A DNA stretch of 64,000 bases. Origin: an uncultured Armatimonadetes bacterium. GTDB lineage: Bacteria; Armatimonadota; UBA5829; DTJY01. Made by a program: the position numbers and the translations under genes. Below the pieces are notes generated by a model. That model was not told the origin of the DNA and did not search any database. It saw nothing but the letters and a program-made list of their open reading frames with translations. Location of the stretch: contig OY970325.1 in NCBI GenBank assembly GCA_963717145.1, forward strand, positions 3,680,001 to 3,744,000. Reading direction: 5' to 3'. How positions within the stretch are numbered: the stretch's first letter is position 1; each line of letters starts with the position of its first letter. Shown here piece by piece: positions 18,840 through 29,098 of the stretch.

Positions 18840-20920
18840 CGTTTACTTCTCGCCGCCCACTTCTTCCAGACCGCCGGGTCGGAGAGCATCTTGATGTACA
18901 CCCCGCCGATCACCGGGCGGGAATGGAGCCATGCCCTGTCCAGGTTGTCTGAGTGATACACATCCGCGAGGGCGACGTGGGCCGTCGTCCGGTTGAAGTA
19001 GTCGTAGACCGGATCGATGAACGCCTCGAAGTCGGAGCGCGACTCGGCCAGGGTGATCGTCATGATGAGCGCCTCGGTCTTCATCAGCGCCGCACGACCA
19101 TCGAGCGGGAGGCCGAACTTGTCCTGCTTCGTCTTGTAGTACGCAATCTCCTTGCGGGCGACCTCCGGCGCGAAGAGGTTCAGACCGACGATCCGATCCC
19201 ATACGAGATTATACTTCTGACTCCACGTCCCGGGCTTGTCGAACGCCAGCCGGTAGTGATCGCCGTCCTGAGCCATCGTGACCCACTTCTGAGCCATTCC
19301 CTCCGCGAGAGTGCGGTACTCGGCGGCGGTATCCTTCTTGCCAAGCATATCCGCGAGCTTGGAGTATGCCCCGAGCGCGACGATCGCCTTGATCGAGAGG
19401 TTCGCATTGTGCGCCAGGTGGCCCATGAAGTCGTCGGTGCAAAGCTGGTTCTCCGGGTCCATGCCCTTCTCGCGCAGGTACTCGGCCCACCTGGTCAGCA
19501 CGCTCCAGTGCTTCTCGGCGTAGTCGGCGTTCCCCTCGATCTTCGCGATCGCGGCGATCATCAGGAGCATGTTGCCCGACTCCTCGACCGGCATCTGGTT
19601 CTCCTCGGTCCGCTCGCCGCCGCCGTAGACCTGACCGTTCGCCAGCGGATACGTGCCGATGTCGTGCGGCGCGAACGGCCACTTCCACCTCTGAGACGAC
19701 GCGTATTCCAGCACCGGCGTCAGGTTCGCCTTGAGCAGATCGGGGTTGAGCAGCAGGAAGAACGGCGAGGTCGGATGGATGACATCGACCGTGCCGATAC
19801 ACCCGTTGCTTGTGTTCTCCTTCGAGAAGGCCAGCAGCGTGCCGTCGAAATCCGCGGCGTACCCATGGGCGGCGATACACTGACGGTATGCCGCGGCACA
19901 GATCGAGGCGTACTTCACTCCTCCCGCCTTCGTCAGATCGGCGGTCAGCTCCTTGTCGAACGCCGTGCACCTCTTCACGAGCGAGGCGTAGTCCTTTTCG
20001 GCGGCCGTGAGCAGTTGGCCGACATCCATGCCGGTCCGACGCCAGTACGGACGCAGCTTTCTTTCCATGAACTCGATCGCGAATACCTCGTCATAGGCGA
20101 TCAGAACATGCCTAGAGACTGACTCGCTGCCGACCTTGCCGATATCGAATGAGCAGACCATCGTCGGCCACGCGTCGTTCTCGGCGCGCGGCATGCGGAG
20201 ATCGTCCGATCCGGGAATCTTGCCCGATTTCGCGAATTCATCCCTCGCGACGTTTCCATCCATGATGACGGTATCGGATTCGCCCGGAACCGCCAGGTAC
20301 ACCTGCCCCCAGTCGATCCGCACGCCGTCGCCCGGCCGCTTGAGGATCGGCTGGTCGTCCGTGCCGATGCCGAGGACATCGAGAGCCTCGAGCTTGAACC
20401 TGTTCCACTTCACCTGCTGATCGGCGGTATGGACCGCCCACTCCCCGGTGACATCGAAGTAGATCGAGACATCATGCGGCGCGCCATCCGCCGACCGCAC
20501 CTCGAACGTGACGTAGCTCACCGGCCTGGTCAGCACGTCGATATCGTCGGTCAACAGCGGCGACATGAAGGTGAGCGTCATCTCGATGCCGGCGGCCTCG
20601 AACCGGTAGATCGAGCGCGTCGGTGTCACCTCGAGCCCGACCTGCTCCATGACCGGGACCGCGGGGGTGATGCCTGCGAATCGGTATGCCTTGCCGTCGA
20701 TCCGTGCGATCCCGCCGATCGCATTCACGCCGCCGGTCCAGTGCTTCGACCAGTCGTCGGTGAGGCGGTCACTCATCTGCCACACGCTGAAGTAGGGGTT
20801 GTGCGTCACCAGGGGTATCGCCGGCGGCCTGAATGGTTTCACATCCTCCGCTGCTGCGATCCCGGACGCAAGGAGGCACGTGATCACCGTTGCGAGGCCA
20901 AGTATCTCTCGTGGGGTCAT
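18836..20920 (-). CDS. Secreted DUF5127/DUF4965 (GtaA glutaminase-like, probable glycosidase) protein
   Basis: RPPAIPLVTHNPYFSVW, SKEN.SNGCIGTVDV, APHDIGTYP, MPVEESGNM, QLCTDDF, WSQKYNLVWD. Confidence 0.88.
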   Translation of the reverse strand: MTPREILGLATVITCLLASGIAAAEDVKPFRPPAIPLVTHNPYFSVWQMSDRLTDDWSKHWTGGVNAIGGIARIDGKAYRFAGITPAVPVMEQVGLEVTPTRSIYRFEAAGIEMTLTFMSPLLTDDIDVLTRPVSYVTFEVRSADGAPHDVSIYFDVTGEWAVHTADQQVKWNRFKLEALDVLGIGTDDQPILKRPGDGVRIDWGQVYLAVPGESDTVIMDGNVARDEFAKSGKIPGSDDLRMPRAENDAWPTMVCSFDIGKVGSESVSRHVLIAYDEVFAIEFMERKLRPYWRRTGMDVGQLLTAAEKDYASLVKRCTAFDKELTADLTKAGGVKYASICAAAYRQCIAAHGYAADFDGTLLAFSKENTSNGCIGTVDVIHPTSPFFLLLNPDLLKANLTPVLEYASSQRWKWPFAPHDIGTYPLANGQVYGGGERTEENQMPVEESGNMLLMIAAIAKIEGNADYAEKHWSVLTRWAEYLREKGMDPENQLCTDDFMGHLAHNANLSIKAIVALGAYSKLADMLGKKDTAAEYRTLAEGMAQKWVTMAQDGDHYRLAFDKPGTWSQKYNLVWDRIVGLNLFAPEVARKEIAYYKTKQDKFGLPLDGRAALMKTEALIMTITLAESRSDFEAFIDPVYDYFNRTTAHVALADVYHSDNLDRAWLHSRPVIGGVYIKMLSDPAVWKKWAARSKR

Positions 20921-20997
20921 TACTTCTCTCCCGGACATGCGTTCGGTACGCTCCCATAATGCCACGCCGGGAGAGCGCGCGTCAAGAGTGGTGATGA

Positions 20998-21107
20998 ACT
21001 GGAGGGCCTGGCTCGTAGGGAACGGTCGCCGTCCCGTTCCGTGGTTGCAGGCATACAACAGAGCGGAACGGGACGGCGACCGTTCCCTACGAGCCAGGCC
21101 CTCCAGT
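20998..21107. repeat. GTAG-type REPIN, family C, with inverted flanks
   Basis: gtagggaacggtcgccgtcccgttccg...inverse (21015-21090); symmetry extends 17 bp further on each side. Confidence 0.85.
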
Positions 21108-21108
21108 G

Positions 21109-23418
21109 CTACCTCACGATATCGAACGCATAGAGGTTCCCGTCATACGCCCCGACGTACAGTCGTCCGGCATACACGAGCGGTGACGAGGCGATCGGGG
21201 AACCGATGTTGTAGCTGTCGAGCCGCTCTCCGGTCGCGAGTGAAAGCGCATATAGGACGCCGTCGCTCGCACCGATGTATACTTTGCCGTCCGCGATCGT
21301 CGGCGTCGAGTTCACATCGCTGAGTCCGCGCTTGTACGGCTGCAACGACGACAGGCTCGGGCCCGTAATGAAGCTCCAGATCAGCGCTCCGTCCTTGGTG
21401 GAGTACGCGCACACCCGGCCATCTGCGGTGCCCACCACCATCTTGTCGCCGGAGACCGCCGGCCCGGAAGCGGTGTCGCCGACCTTGTCCGTTCCGGTCC
21501 ATACCACCGTTCCGGCCGCCGGATCGACCGAAGCCGGGAGGTCGTCCTTGATCGTATAAACGAAGTCGCCGGAAGGGGCGCACCCGTTGAACCTGCCCGG
21601 GATGCCCCAGAGCGGGTTACCCTTCTTCGCATCGAAGGCATGTGCCCCGACTCGGGTCATCATCAGCAGTCGCCCGTCGACCACGGTCGGGATGACATTT
21701 CCGCTCGGCCACCAGTCGCTCTTGGCCAGGGTTGTCGACCACATCGGTAGACCGAGTTCCTCTTCGAAAGCGGCTATATACGATACCCCGCCGACATAGA
21801 CGAATCCGTCAGCAACCGTCGTTGCCGCGGTCTCCCAGCGCTCTCGCTCCGGGTCCAAATCCACCGACCATCGAGGTTTTCCGTTCATGCGGTCGAGCCC
21901 GTAGAGCCGGCCCGCGACCGAGGTGGCGTAGATACCTTTCGGGGAGATCGCCACGTTGTTCTTGATCGCGCTGTCGGTATGGAAGTGCCACTCGTTCGAC
22001 AGGCCCTCGTCGAACACCCGGACGCCGGAGTCCTTCAGGTCGCCGGTATCGTTGACGCCGATCGCCACCATGCCGTCCTGGGCCTGCGGAGACGACAGTG
22101 TGATGAAGCCTCCGGTCGGCGCAACCGCTACGAGACTCAGGACAGGATGCTCGCCGGTCAATGCCTTCCCAAGCTGGAAATCGGCTTCTGCTCCCCACCG
22201 ATCGCCCTTTGTGTCACGGATCTCCGCGATCACGTGCTGGGGAGTCTCGAAATCCTTGGATGCGGCGATTTCGCCGACCCAACTCCACGCGCTCGCCCGC
22301 TTGAGCCGAACACGACGGTTGCCGATGGCACACTCAACCGAGGTCACCTTGGCACACGAATCGTACGCGTTCACGACGACTTGAAGCTTGCCGTTTCGAG
22401 GCGAGGGTGAACCGGACGGACTGACTACGACGGCATGATGCTTGAAGCCGCCGAACCGCAGCTCTGATGTGACTTCATCGCCTGCGACATCCACGATCCG
22501 GAAGCTCCGGGCCGTTCGGTCGATCCCTCCGAATCGCAGTGGAGGCGTGTTCAGATCGAGCACTCCGCCACTCTGGCGCGCGCGGTCTCCATGCCAGTGC
22601 CCGCTGAGTATGGCAGACGCTCCCACGCTGTCCAGGTAGTCCATCTGCGCCTCGGTCGGCAGATAGTGCATCGCAAAGATGCGCCGGCTTCCCTTAGGCG
22701 CAAGTGCCAGGTCCTTCGCGATCCATGCCTTCTGCGCATCGTCGAAGGCCATGGAGTTCACGACGACGAGGTGGCAGTTGCCCACGTTGAAGGAGTAGTA
22801 TTCCGGCCCGAGGATGCGCCGGTAGTTCGCCATGGATTCGGCATTCGAAGCATCGTGGTTGCCGGGGACGTTGAAGACCGGCAGCCTCGAAGTCCTTATG
22901 CCGCGTGCGTAGTTATCGAACTCGGGCACGTTCTTGCCATTGTTGACCAGATCGCCGGTGGCAAGGACGAACTCCGCGCCGGGGTCGAGGGAATTGATCT
23001 CATCGAGGTCCTCGACAAGAGTGCGAACAGTGGCGTGATCGGTCACATGAATGTCGGTGATCTGCGCGAACCGAACCGAATCAGCCCTCGATGCGATCCA
23101 CTGTCTCAGTGGGAAATCAAGGGTGGTATCTGTCTCGATCGCCTTGTAGAACGACTCGGCCGCTCGGTAACCCCTGGGCAGCGAGACAAACACGATCCTG
23201 CCGGGCTCGGTCTCCAGGCGGTATTCCCCCGAGGCCGGGGTGACAACCACCAGCCGCCCGTCCGACACCGCGACACCCGCGATCGCGTTCTCGCCGGGAC
23301 TCATCGCCCCATCGTTGTCCTTATCGAAGAACACCCTGCCCGAGACGGTCACAGCCAGGCAGGGGCTCGCAATCACAAGGGCAACCAGCCCAATCAACCA
23401 AGCCCTTCGGATTCGCAT
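21109..23418 (-). CDS. Secreted metallophosphoesterase with C-terminal PQQ-like beta-propeller
   Basis: ITDIH, TGDLV, PGNHD, SGHWH; repeated W.F.T...SSP blades. Confidence 0.85.
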   Translation of the reverse strand: MRIRRAWLIGLVALVIASPCLAVTVSGRVFFDKDNDGAMSPGENAIAGVAVSDGRLVVVTPASGEYRLETEPGRIVFVSLPRGYRAAESFYKAIETDTTLDFPLRQWIASRADSVRFAQITDIHVTDHATVRTLVEDLDEINSLDPGAEFVLATGDLVNNGKNVPEFDNYARGIRTSRLPVFNVPGNHDASNAESMANYRRILGPEYYSFNVGNCHLVVVNSMAFDDAQKAWIAKDLALAPKGSRRIFAMHYLPTEAQMDYLDSVGASAILSGHWHGDRARQSGGVLDLNTPPLRFGGIDRTARSFRIVDVAGDEVTSELRFGGFKHHAVVVSPSGSPSPRNGKLQVVVNAYDSCAKVTSVECAIGNRRVRLKRASAWSWVGEIAASKDFETPQHVIAEIRDTKGDRWGAEADFQLGKALTGEHPVLSLVAVAPTGGFITLSSPQAQDGMVAIGVNDTGDLKDSGVRVFDEGLSNEWHFHTDSAIKNNVAISPKGIYATSVAGRLYGLDRMNGKPRWSVDLDPERERWETAATTVADGFVYVGGVSYIAAFEEELGLPMWSTTLAKSDWWPSGNVIPTVVDGRLLMMTRVGAHAFDAKKGNPLWGIPGRFNGCAPSGDFVYTIKDDLPASVDPAAGTVVWTGTDKVGDTASGPAVSGDKMVVGTADGRVCAYSTKDGALIWSFITGPSLSSLQPYKRGLSDVNSTPTIADGKVYIGASDGVLYALSLATGERLDSYNIGSPIASSPLVYAGRLYVGAYDGNLYAFDIVR

Positions 23419-23473
23419 CAGCCCTATCTCCTTCATGTCATCAACTCCCATACTCCCACACTCCCATACTCTG

Positions 23474-26400
23474 CTACTGCAACTTATCCGCCAGGCGTGC
23501 GTACTCCGCCTTGATCTCATCGGAGGAGAGCGCGGTCGAGTAGAGACGGACGCCGGTCATCCGGCAGTCGGTCTCGAAATCCGGGCCGGGGTACTCGTAC
23601 CGGCCGATGTAGAGGCTGAACGGCGACCCCGTCATCCGACCGCCGGCGAGCAGCCGTCCGACCCGCTGTCCGTTCAGGTAGACCGCCATCTCGTATCCGT
23701 CGTATGTGCAGCCGATGTGATACCACTTCCCGGCGCTGACCGATCCCGCATCGACCGTCCCGACGCCGTCCAGGAAGAAGCGGACCTGGCCACCGAGTAT
23801 CTGCACGAAATAGCCGTTGACATTCCACAGCCCGTGCGAGAGGAGCACCGGTATCACCCCCGGCTTCTCGAGCTTCACCCACATCTGGATCGTGATCTCC
23901 TCCGCCGGGCTGAACTCCGCCCGGTTCGGGACCATGACGTGATTGCCGTTCGTGAAGTGAGCCGCCGGGACGCCGTTGACCGGCTCGTATGCGGTGACGC
24001 CTCCCCACGAACCTGCCGGGATGCTCCCATCGAAGTCGAACGAAAGTATCAGGCCTAGGTCGCCCTTAGGAAGCGCCGAACACGACACCGGGTCGGATGC
24101 CTTGCCCTCGACGCCCTGCCGATCGAGCGGCGCAACCTTGTAGGAGATCGGCTGCCCCGGTTCGGCGGCGGTGACGTAGAGATGACTCCGCCATCCATCG
24201 GCGGGAACAGGCTCATCGGCGTTGATCAGCTCCCACGGCCCATCCTGCGCCGATGAGCGGTATACATGGAAACCCTTCACGCTCAGGCCGGCCCTCTCCC
24301 ATCGGAGGCGAACCTTGCCCGCACCGGGGGTTGCTGTGACCACGGGAGCAGCCAGCTCGCTCGGCTCAGGAGCCTTGATCGACGCCGAAACGATCGGCTT
24401 GGCATCCTTCCCGACCGGCGTGACCGAGTACCGATACGATGCACCGGCGTCGACGCCTCGGTCCTCGAACCAGGTGTCGCTCGTCGTTCCGAGGAGTGTG
24501 AACTCACCGTCACCGTCCGCGCGCCTGATCTCGAAGCGCCCGACCGATCCCATCCACCGCAGGACGAGCGATCCTCCGTCGCCCGGCTTGACCGCCAGGT
24601 TCGAAGCGATCGGCGTCACGGGCTCAGGCGCATCGACCGCCGGGGTGGAGGTCACGTGGGGGATGATCGCGACCTGATGCCACATGTCCGGTCCCGGCCA
24701 GCGCTCGATGAGCTTCCCGGATGCATCGACCAACTCGATCGCATATTCAATTCCATACTCCTGCGGGGTCATCGTGCCCTCGAAGTATCGGGGAGACAAC
24801 CGTTCCAGCATCGATGATTTCGTACTCTCCTGGCCGACTTCGCGGGAGTTCAACCGCATCTGGCATCCATCCCTGTGGGCAACGACTTTCACCGGCATCG
24901 GCTCACCGGAAGACCATACGGTGTTCGCATTGATGGGGGACAAGGCGGTTGTCGTATTTCGGATCGCACGTTGAGGAACCACCGCCGGCGGCTTGCCGCT
25001 GAGAGCCGATAGTTCGCGCTCCACTGCTCGATATGCCGCCCAAGCCTTGGTGTTGACGGTTGCGAGCACCCCGAGTTCGCCTTTGTTCGTTGTCTTTCGG
25101 GCGAGTGCATCGAGTTCCGGCTCAAAAGTGCATGCCTCCAGCTTCGAGAGTGCCTGGGATGCCAAAATCGACGCCCGATCCCCATCGCCGTCCTGGATTG
25201 CCTGACGCGCGTCGATCAGCAGCCGGTTGACCTCGCCCGCCGGCCCGAGCTGGTCCGATGTCCGGGCGTAACCGAGCGCCCATTGAGCGGTGTTGATGAG
25301 ATACGTCACCCGCTCAGCCTGGCGGGCGCACTCGGGCTTGCGGGCCAGATCGTCGCGCACCGCCCAGAGCCGCCACATCGTCTTCTCCAGCCGCTCGATC
25401 TTCGCCGGGTCGGTCGGAGATCCCCAGCCGAACGTTCCACATTCTGCTTGCCCACCACCGCCGACGAGCCGATATCCGAGCGACTGCCACTCCAGCAGGA
25501 TGTCGGTCATCGGTGCGATATGATCCTCGCCGAAACAGCGCGCCGCATAGTCGGCATAGAACTGATCGAGGGTCAGGTCGGGGTTCCAGGCGAACTGCGA
25601 CATCACCGCGTGCGACTCCTCGACGTCCCGGGAGCGCCAGTGGATACCGAGGATGCCCTGACTCCCCTTTGCGAGCGCATCACGGCACGCGCCGAGCCAG
25701 TTCTCAGCGTTCGGTTGAGGATGCCACTGGTCGCCGTCAAACTCGAACCACGGTATCGGCCAGTACTCGCGTCCCTTCGAGAGCTTCCCGTAAGCCTCGC
25801 TCACGGTGGGCGCTACGACGATGTCGTCGAGCGCCGAGAAGATGATGTCCTTCGGCACGAGCTTGTCCATACCCGTGTACATGTCGGAGAAACGCAGGTG
25901 GTGATCGCCGCCCCAGCCCGAGACGACGAGCCGGATGTTCGGCGCGGTCTCCTCCATGATGCGGTAGGCTTCCTTCGTGTAGATCGTCATGCGCACGGCC
26001 TCGGTGATCCGGCGCGGCTCCCCGAGGTAGGCAAAAGTCGGCTCGTACTTGCGGTAGTATGCGCCGAAATCGGTGTCCAGGGGCAGCGGATCGCGCCCCC
26101 GAAGTCCCTGGGCCTCGGGCTCCCATATCCAGATGTAGTCGAGCATCGGATACTGAGCGACGAGGTGCTTCAGCCGCTTCTCCAGCCGCTCGATCGAACC
26201 CGGATCGGTCGGATCGGCATCCCCCGTCTCGAACCCGACGCATATCTTCAGCCCGCGCGCCTTGCCGTAGTCGAGCGCCTTCGCCAGCAGGTCCTGTGAG
26301 TCCTTGATCGAGCGCTCGCGGTCATCGCGGTAGAGCGACGGCTTCGATCCGAAGTAGTCGTCGCTGAAGTACTTGCTCGTTTCGCCGCCGAACTCGCTGG

Positions 26401-27088
26401 TCTTCATCGGAGCAGTGCCCCAGGTGCTGACCGCCGTGCTCACGACCGGCTCGCCCCAGACATACTTGCCGTCCTCCTGGTATCCGGCGAACGGCTCGGC
26501 GTCGTAGGAGTGGAAGCCGATGAAGTTGTTCTTCGTCTTCACCAGGTTGTCGAAGAACCAGGCGTAGTCCTCGAAATCCCATGCCGTCGGGCTGTCGAAG
26601 AAGTTGTACCAGGGCAGCGTGCCCCTGATTTTGAACGCCGGCTCGCGGGATATGTCGAGATCGAGAAGCTTGAACGGTTGCTTGAGCGGGATGGCATCGC
26701 CGCCGAGGTAGAAGCCGAGTCCGTACTCCTCCAGCAGCGAATATGCGCCGTAGAGGACGCCGCGCGAGGTCTTCCCGGTGACCAGGATCACCTTGCGCTT
26801 CCCATCCTGAACGGTGCGCACCCGATAGCCCTCGTCCCCAAGGCCGGACACATCCGGCCCGAGACGCTTGATCAGCGGGTTCGAATCCGGCGTCCCGACG
26901 GCGATGATGTCCCCTTGCGCGCCGTCCCGGATCGGAAGCAGCTCGCCGGTCGCGGCATAGAGGTACTTCTGCAGCTCCTTTGCCGCGAGCTGATCGAGCG
27001 CCGACGCGTTCTTGCCGATATCTATTCCGCCCGACCACGCCGCCTGCGCCGCCAGCACCATTATCATGAGAAGAAGAACATACCGCAT
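23474..27088 (-). CDS. Large secreted putative glycoside hydrolase (GH20/GH67-like N-domain, TIM barrel, Fn3, LamG)
   Basis: AAKELQKYL..ATG, EGY.V..., G.LYG.Y.LLE, P.F..RG; C-terminal LamG WYHI..TYDG. Confidence 0.7.
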   Translation of the reverse strand: MRYVLLLMIMVLAAQAAWSGGIDIGKNASALDQLAAKELQKYLYAATGELLPIRDGAQGDIIAVGTPDSNPLIKRLGPDVSGLGDEGYRVRTVQDGKRKVILVTGKTSRGVLYGAYSLLEEYGLGFYLGGDAIPLKQPFKLLDLDISREPAFKIRGTLPWYNFFDSPTAWDFEDYAWFFDNLVKTKNNFIGFHSYDAEPFAGYQEDGKYVWGEPVVSTAVSTWGTAPMKTSEFGGETSKYFSDDYFGSKPSLYRDDRERSIKDSQDLLAKALDYGKARGLKICVGFETGDADPTDPGSIERLEKRLKHLVAQYPMLDYIWIWEPEAQGLRGRDPLPLDTDFGAYYRKYEPTFAYLGEPRRITEAVRMTIYTKEAYRIMEETAPNIRLVVSGWGGDHHLRFSDMYTGMDKLVPKDIIFSALDDIVVAPTVSEAYGKLSKGREYWPIPWFEFDGDQWHPQPNAENWLGACRDALAKGSQGILGIHWRSRDVEESHAVMSQFAWNPDLTLDQFYADYAARCFGEDHIAPMTDILLEWQSLGYRLVGGGGQAECGTFGWGSPTDPAKIERLEKTMWRLWAVRDDLARKPECARQAERVTYLINTAQWALGYARTSDQLGPAGEVNRLLIDARQAIQDGDGDRASILASQALSKLEACTFEPELDALARKTTNKGELGVLATVNTKAWAAYRAVERELSALSGKPPAVVPQRAIRNTTTALSPINANTVWSSGEPMPVKVVAHRDGCQMRLNSREVGQESTKSSMLERLSPRYFEGTMTPQEYGIEYAIELVDASGKLIERWPGPDMWHQVAIIPHVTSTPAVDAPEPVTPIASNLAVKPGDGGSLVLRWMGSVGRFEIRRADGDGEFTLLGTTSDTWFEDRGVDAGASYRYSVTPVGKDAKPIVSASIKAPEPSELAAPVVTATPGAGKVRLRWERAGLSVKGFHVYRSSAQDGPWELINADEPVPADGWRSHLYVTAAEPGQPISYKVAPLDRQGVEGKASDPVSCSALPKGDLGLILSFDFDGSIPAGSWGGVTAYEPVNGVPAAHFTNGNHVMVPNRAEFSPAEEITIQMWVKLEKPGVIPVLLSHGLWNVNGYFVQILGGQVRFFLDGVGTVDAGSVSAGKWYHIGCTYDGYEMAVYLNGQRVGRLLAGGRMTGSPFSLYIGRYEYPGPDFETDCRMTGVRLYSTALSSDEIKAEYARLADKLQ

Positions 27089-27216
27089 GTTTTGCCACCC
27101 CACGTGTCTCATAGGTCCCATAAGTCCCATACGTCCTATTGGCCGAGCGTGACCACAATCCCTTTGCAGGAGGTGCCCGCGTGACCCTCGAATCTCTTGG
27201 CGGGAGGGACAACATC

Positions 27217-27714
27217 ATGGATGCAATCGAGTGCTTGAAGACCAGAAGAAGTATCCGGGCCTATGAGAACAAGCCCGTGACGAAGGAAATACTCGAGGAC
27301 CTCGTCGACTGCGGACGGCTAGCCGCGTCGGCAATCAATATCCAGCCGTGGGCCTTCATCGTCATAACTGATGCGGCCATAAAGAAGCAATTGGCCGAGA
27401 TGACCGATCACGGCATGTTCATCGAGCATGCGGGGGCATGCATCGCCGTCTTTTGCCAGGAGGGCAAGTATTACCTGGAGGACGGCAGCGCGGCGACTCA
27501 GAATATCCTCAATGCGGCGCGCGCTCACGGGCTCGGCTCATGCTGGGTCGCCGGCGACAAGAAGGACTACGCGCCGACGATCGGCCGGATGCTCGGCGTG
27601 CCGGCGGACTACAAGCTGGTCTCGCTCATGGCGATCGGCTACCCGGCTCAGACTCCGAGTCCGGCGAAGAAGCCGCTCTCCGAGGTGCTCCACTGGGAAC
27701 GATTCAGCGGATAG
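27217..27714 (+). CDS. Nitroreductase family protein
   Basis: RRSIR.Y, A.SA.N.QPW.F, GLGSCWV, IGYP. Confidence 0.93.
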   Translation: MDAIECLKTRRSIRAYENKPVTKEILEDLVDCGRLAASAINIQPWAFIVITDAAIKKQLAEMTDHGMFIEHAGACIAVFCQEGKYYLEDGSAATQNILNAARAHGLGSCWVAGDKKDYAPTIGRMLGVPADYKLVSLMAIGYPAQTPSPAKKPLSEVLHWERFSG

Positions 27715-27774
27715 ACAGGAGTAGACCGGTCAGGCGCGTCCGGGTCTGCTCCTTAGACTTGCTGTTCGATTCAT

Positions 27775-27857
27775 GACATGTCGGCATGCCGCCCACATGT
27801 CGATAATCGGTTGCGCAATCGACATATTGCATCAACGTGTCGGTGCAACCGACACAT
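27775..27857. repeat. Cluster of atgtcga/tcgacat inverted motifs downstream of the Fic gene
   Basis: gacatgtcg, acatgtcga..tcgacat, gtgtcgg..ccgacac. Confidence 0.6.
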
Positions 27858-28942
27858 CAGCCCGATAGCAGACCATAGAGACCTACGTTGAGAAAGAGGT
27901 TCTCGCGTCCGACTCGAGTGGATTTGAGGACCCCTATACGCTCCAGTTCATGCAAGTATTCGGCCGCAGTCTGGCGCTTTGCGATGCCCGCATCGACCAG
28001 GAACTCCACCTTTGTGTATGGCTGTCTAAACAGCTGCTCTACAAGATCGCTTGTGTAGATTCTTGGCAGTTCGCGCCGCACGATCTCCCTCGTCTTGGAC
28101 ATGAGTTCGCGGATATCGAGAATGCGCTTGCGTGTGAAGCTAGCCGTATCTTCTACTGCCTCAAGCATGTAGAGTATCCACGGCTCCCACTCCTGAGCCT
28201 CGGTCACTCCTCGAAGCAGCCGGTAGTAGTCACTCTTATTCTGGATGATGTACCGGCTGAGGTACAACACCGGCAGGTCAAGAAGCGATTCCTGGATCAG
28301 ATACAGTATGCCGATGATTCGTCCGGTTCTCCCATTGCCATCAGAGAATGGGTGGATCGCCTCGAACTGGTAGTGGGCTACTGCCATCTTTACCAGCGAA
28401 TCCGGCCCATCCGAGGAATGGATGTACTCCTCCAAATTGTGCAGTTTGCGCCTGATGATATCCTCGCCCTCAGGTGGAGTGTATATTGTTTCGCGTGTAG
28501 CGGAACTGGCGATCACGGTACCAGGCAGGGTCCGAATGCCAGCCTGATTCTCTCCGATCATGTTAACGATGTGCACGAAGACGTTTGTGGACAGAACAGG
28601 CCTGTTCCTCAGGTCATGGAAGCCCGTCCATAGTGCCTGGCGGTATCGAATCACTTCCTTGGTCGCCGGGGCGACACCGGCCTGAGATGATGCGGACAGC
28701 GCCCTGAACAGCGCATCATTCGTAGTGACTATGTTCTCGATCTCCGAACTGGCCCGTGCCTCTTGAAGGATGATTGAGTTGACGAGGATGTTCTGGTCCG
28801 GCAGCGTCTCTCCCAGTCCCTTCAGCTCCGCCAGCGCCCGCGCCGCAGTGATCGCCTTCCTGAGTACTGCTACCGTTTCGATGTCCTGCGTGGGTGGCAG
28901 ATCGGGCAAATCGTTGTAGGGAATCAAAGGATTGTATGCCAT
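27857..28942 (-). CDS. Fic-family AMPylase with N-terminal inhibitory motif and C-terminal HTH
   Basis: HPFSDGNGRTGR; ASSEIEN inhibitory motif (class II Fic). Confidence 0.93.
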   Translation of the reverse strand: MAYNPLIPYNDLPDLPPTQDIETVAVLRKAITAARALAELKGLGETLPDQNILVNSIILQEARASSEIENIVTTNDALFRALSASSQAGVAPATKEVIRYRQALWTGFHDLRNRPVLSTNVFVHIVNMIGENQAGIRTLPGTVIASSATRETIYTPPEGEDIIRRKLHNLEEYIHSSDGPDSLVKMAVAHYQFEAIHPFSDGNGRTGRIIGILYLIQESLLDLPVLYLSRYIIQNKSDYYRLLRGVTEAQEWEPWILYMLEAVEDTASFTRKRILDIRELMSKTREIVRRELPRIYTSDLVEQLFRQPYTKVEFLVDAGIAKRQTAAEYLHELERIGVLKSTRVGRENLFLNVGLYGLLSG

Positions 28943-28984
28943 GTGGTTATGTCCTGTCAGATAGCGCCTTGAGCTCGCCTACTA

Positions 28985-29046
28985 CATGTCGATTCATCAT
29001 ACAATAATCGACATGGCATGTCAAACATGTCGATTGCATCGACACC
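28985..29046. repeat. Cluster of catgtcga/tcgacatg motifs upstream of the Fic gene
   Basis: acatgtcgatt..aatcgacatg, gcatgtca, acatgtcgat..atcgacac. Confidence 0.65.
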
Positions 29047-29098
29047 TGGAATGAACCCGCATCCGGAGGAGGTGAACACGTCTCGTGCCGATCTGCCC

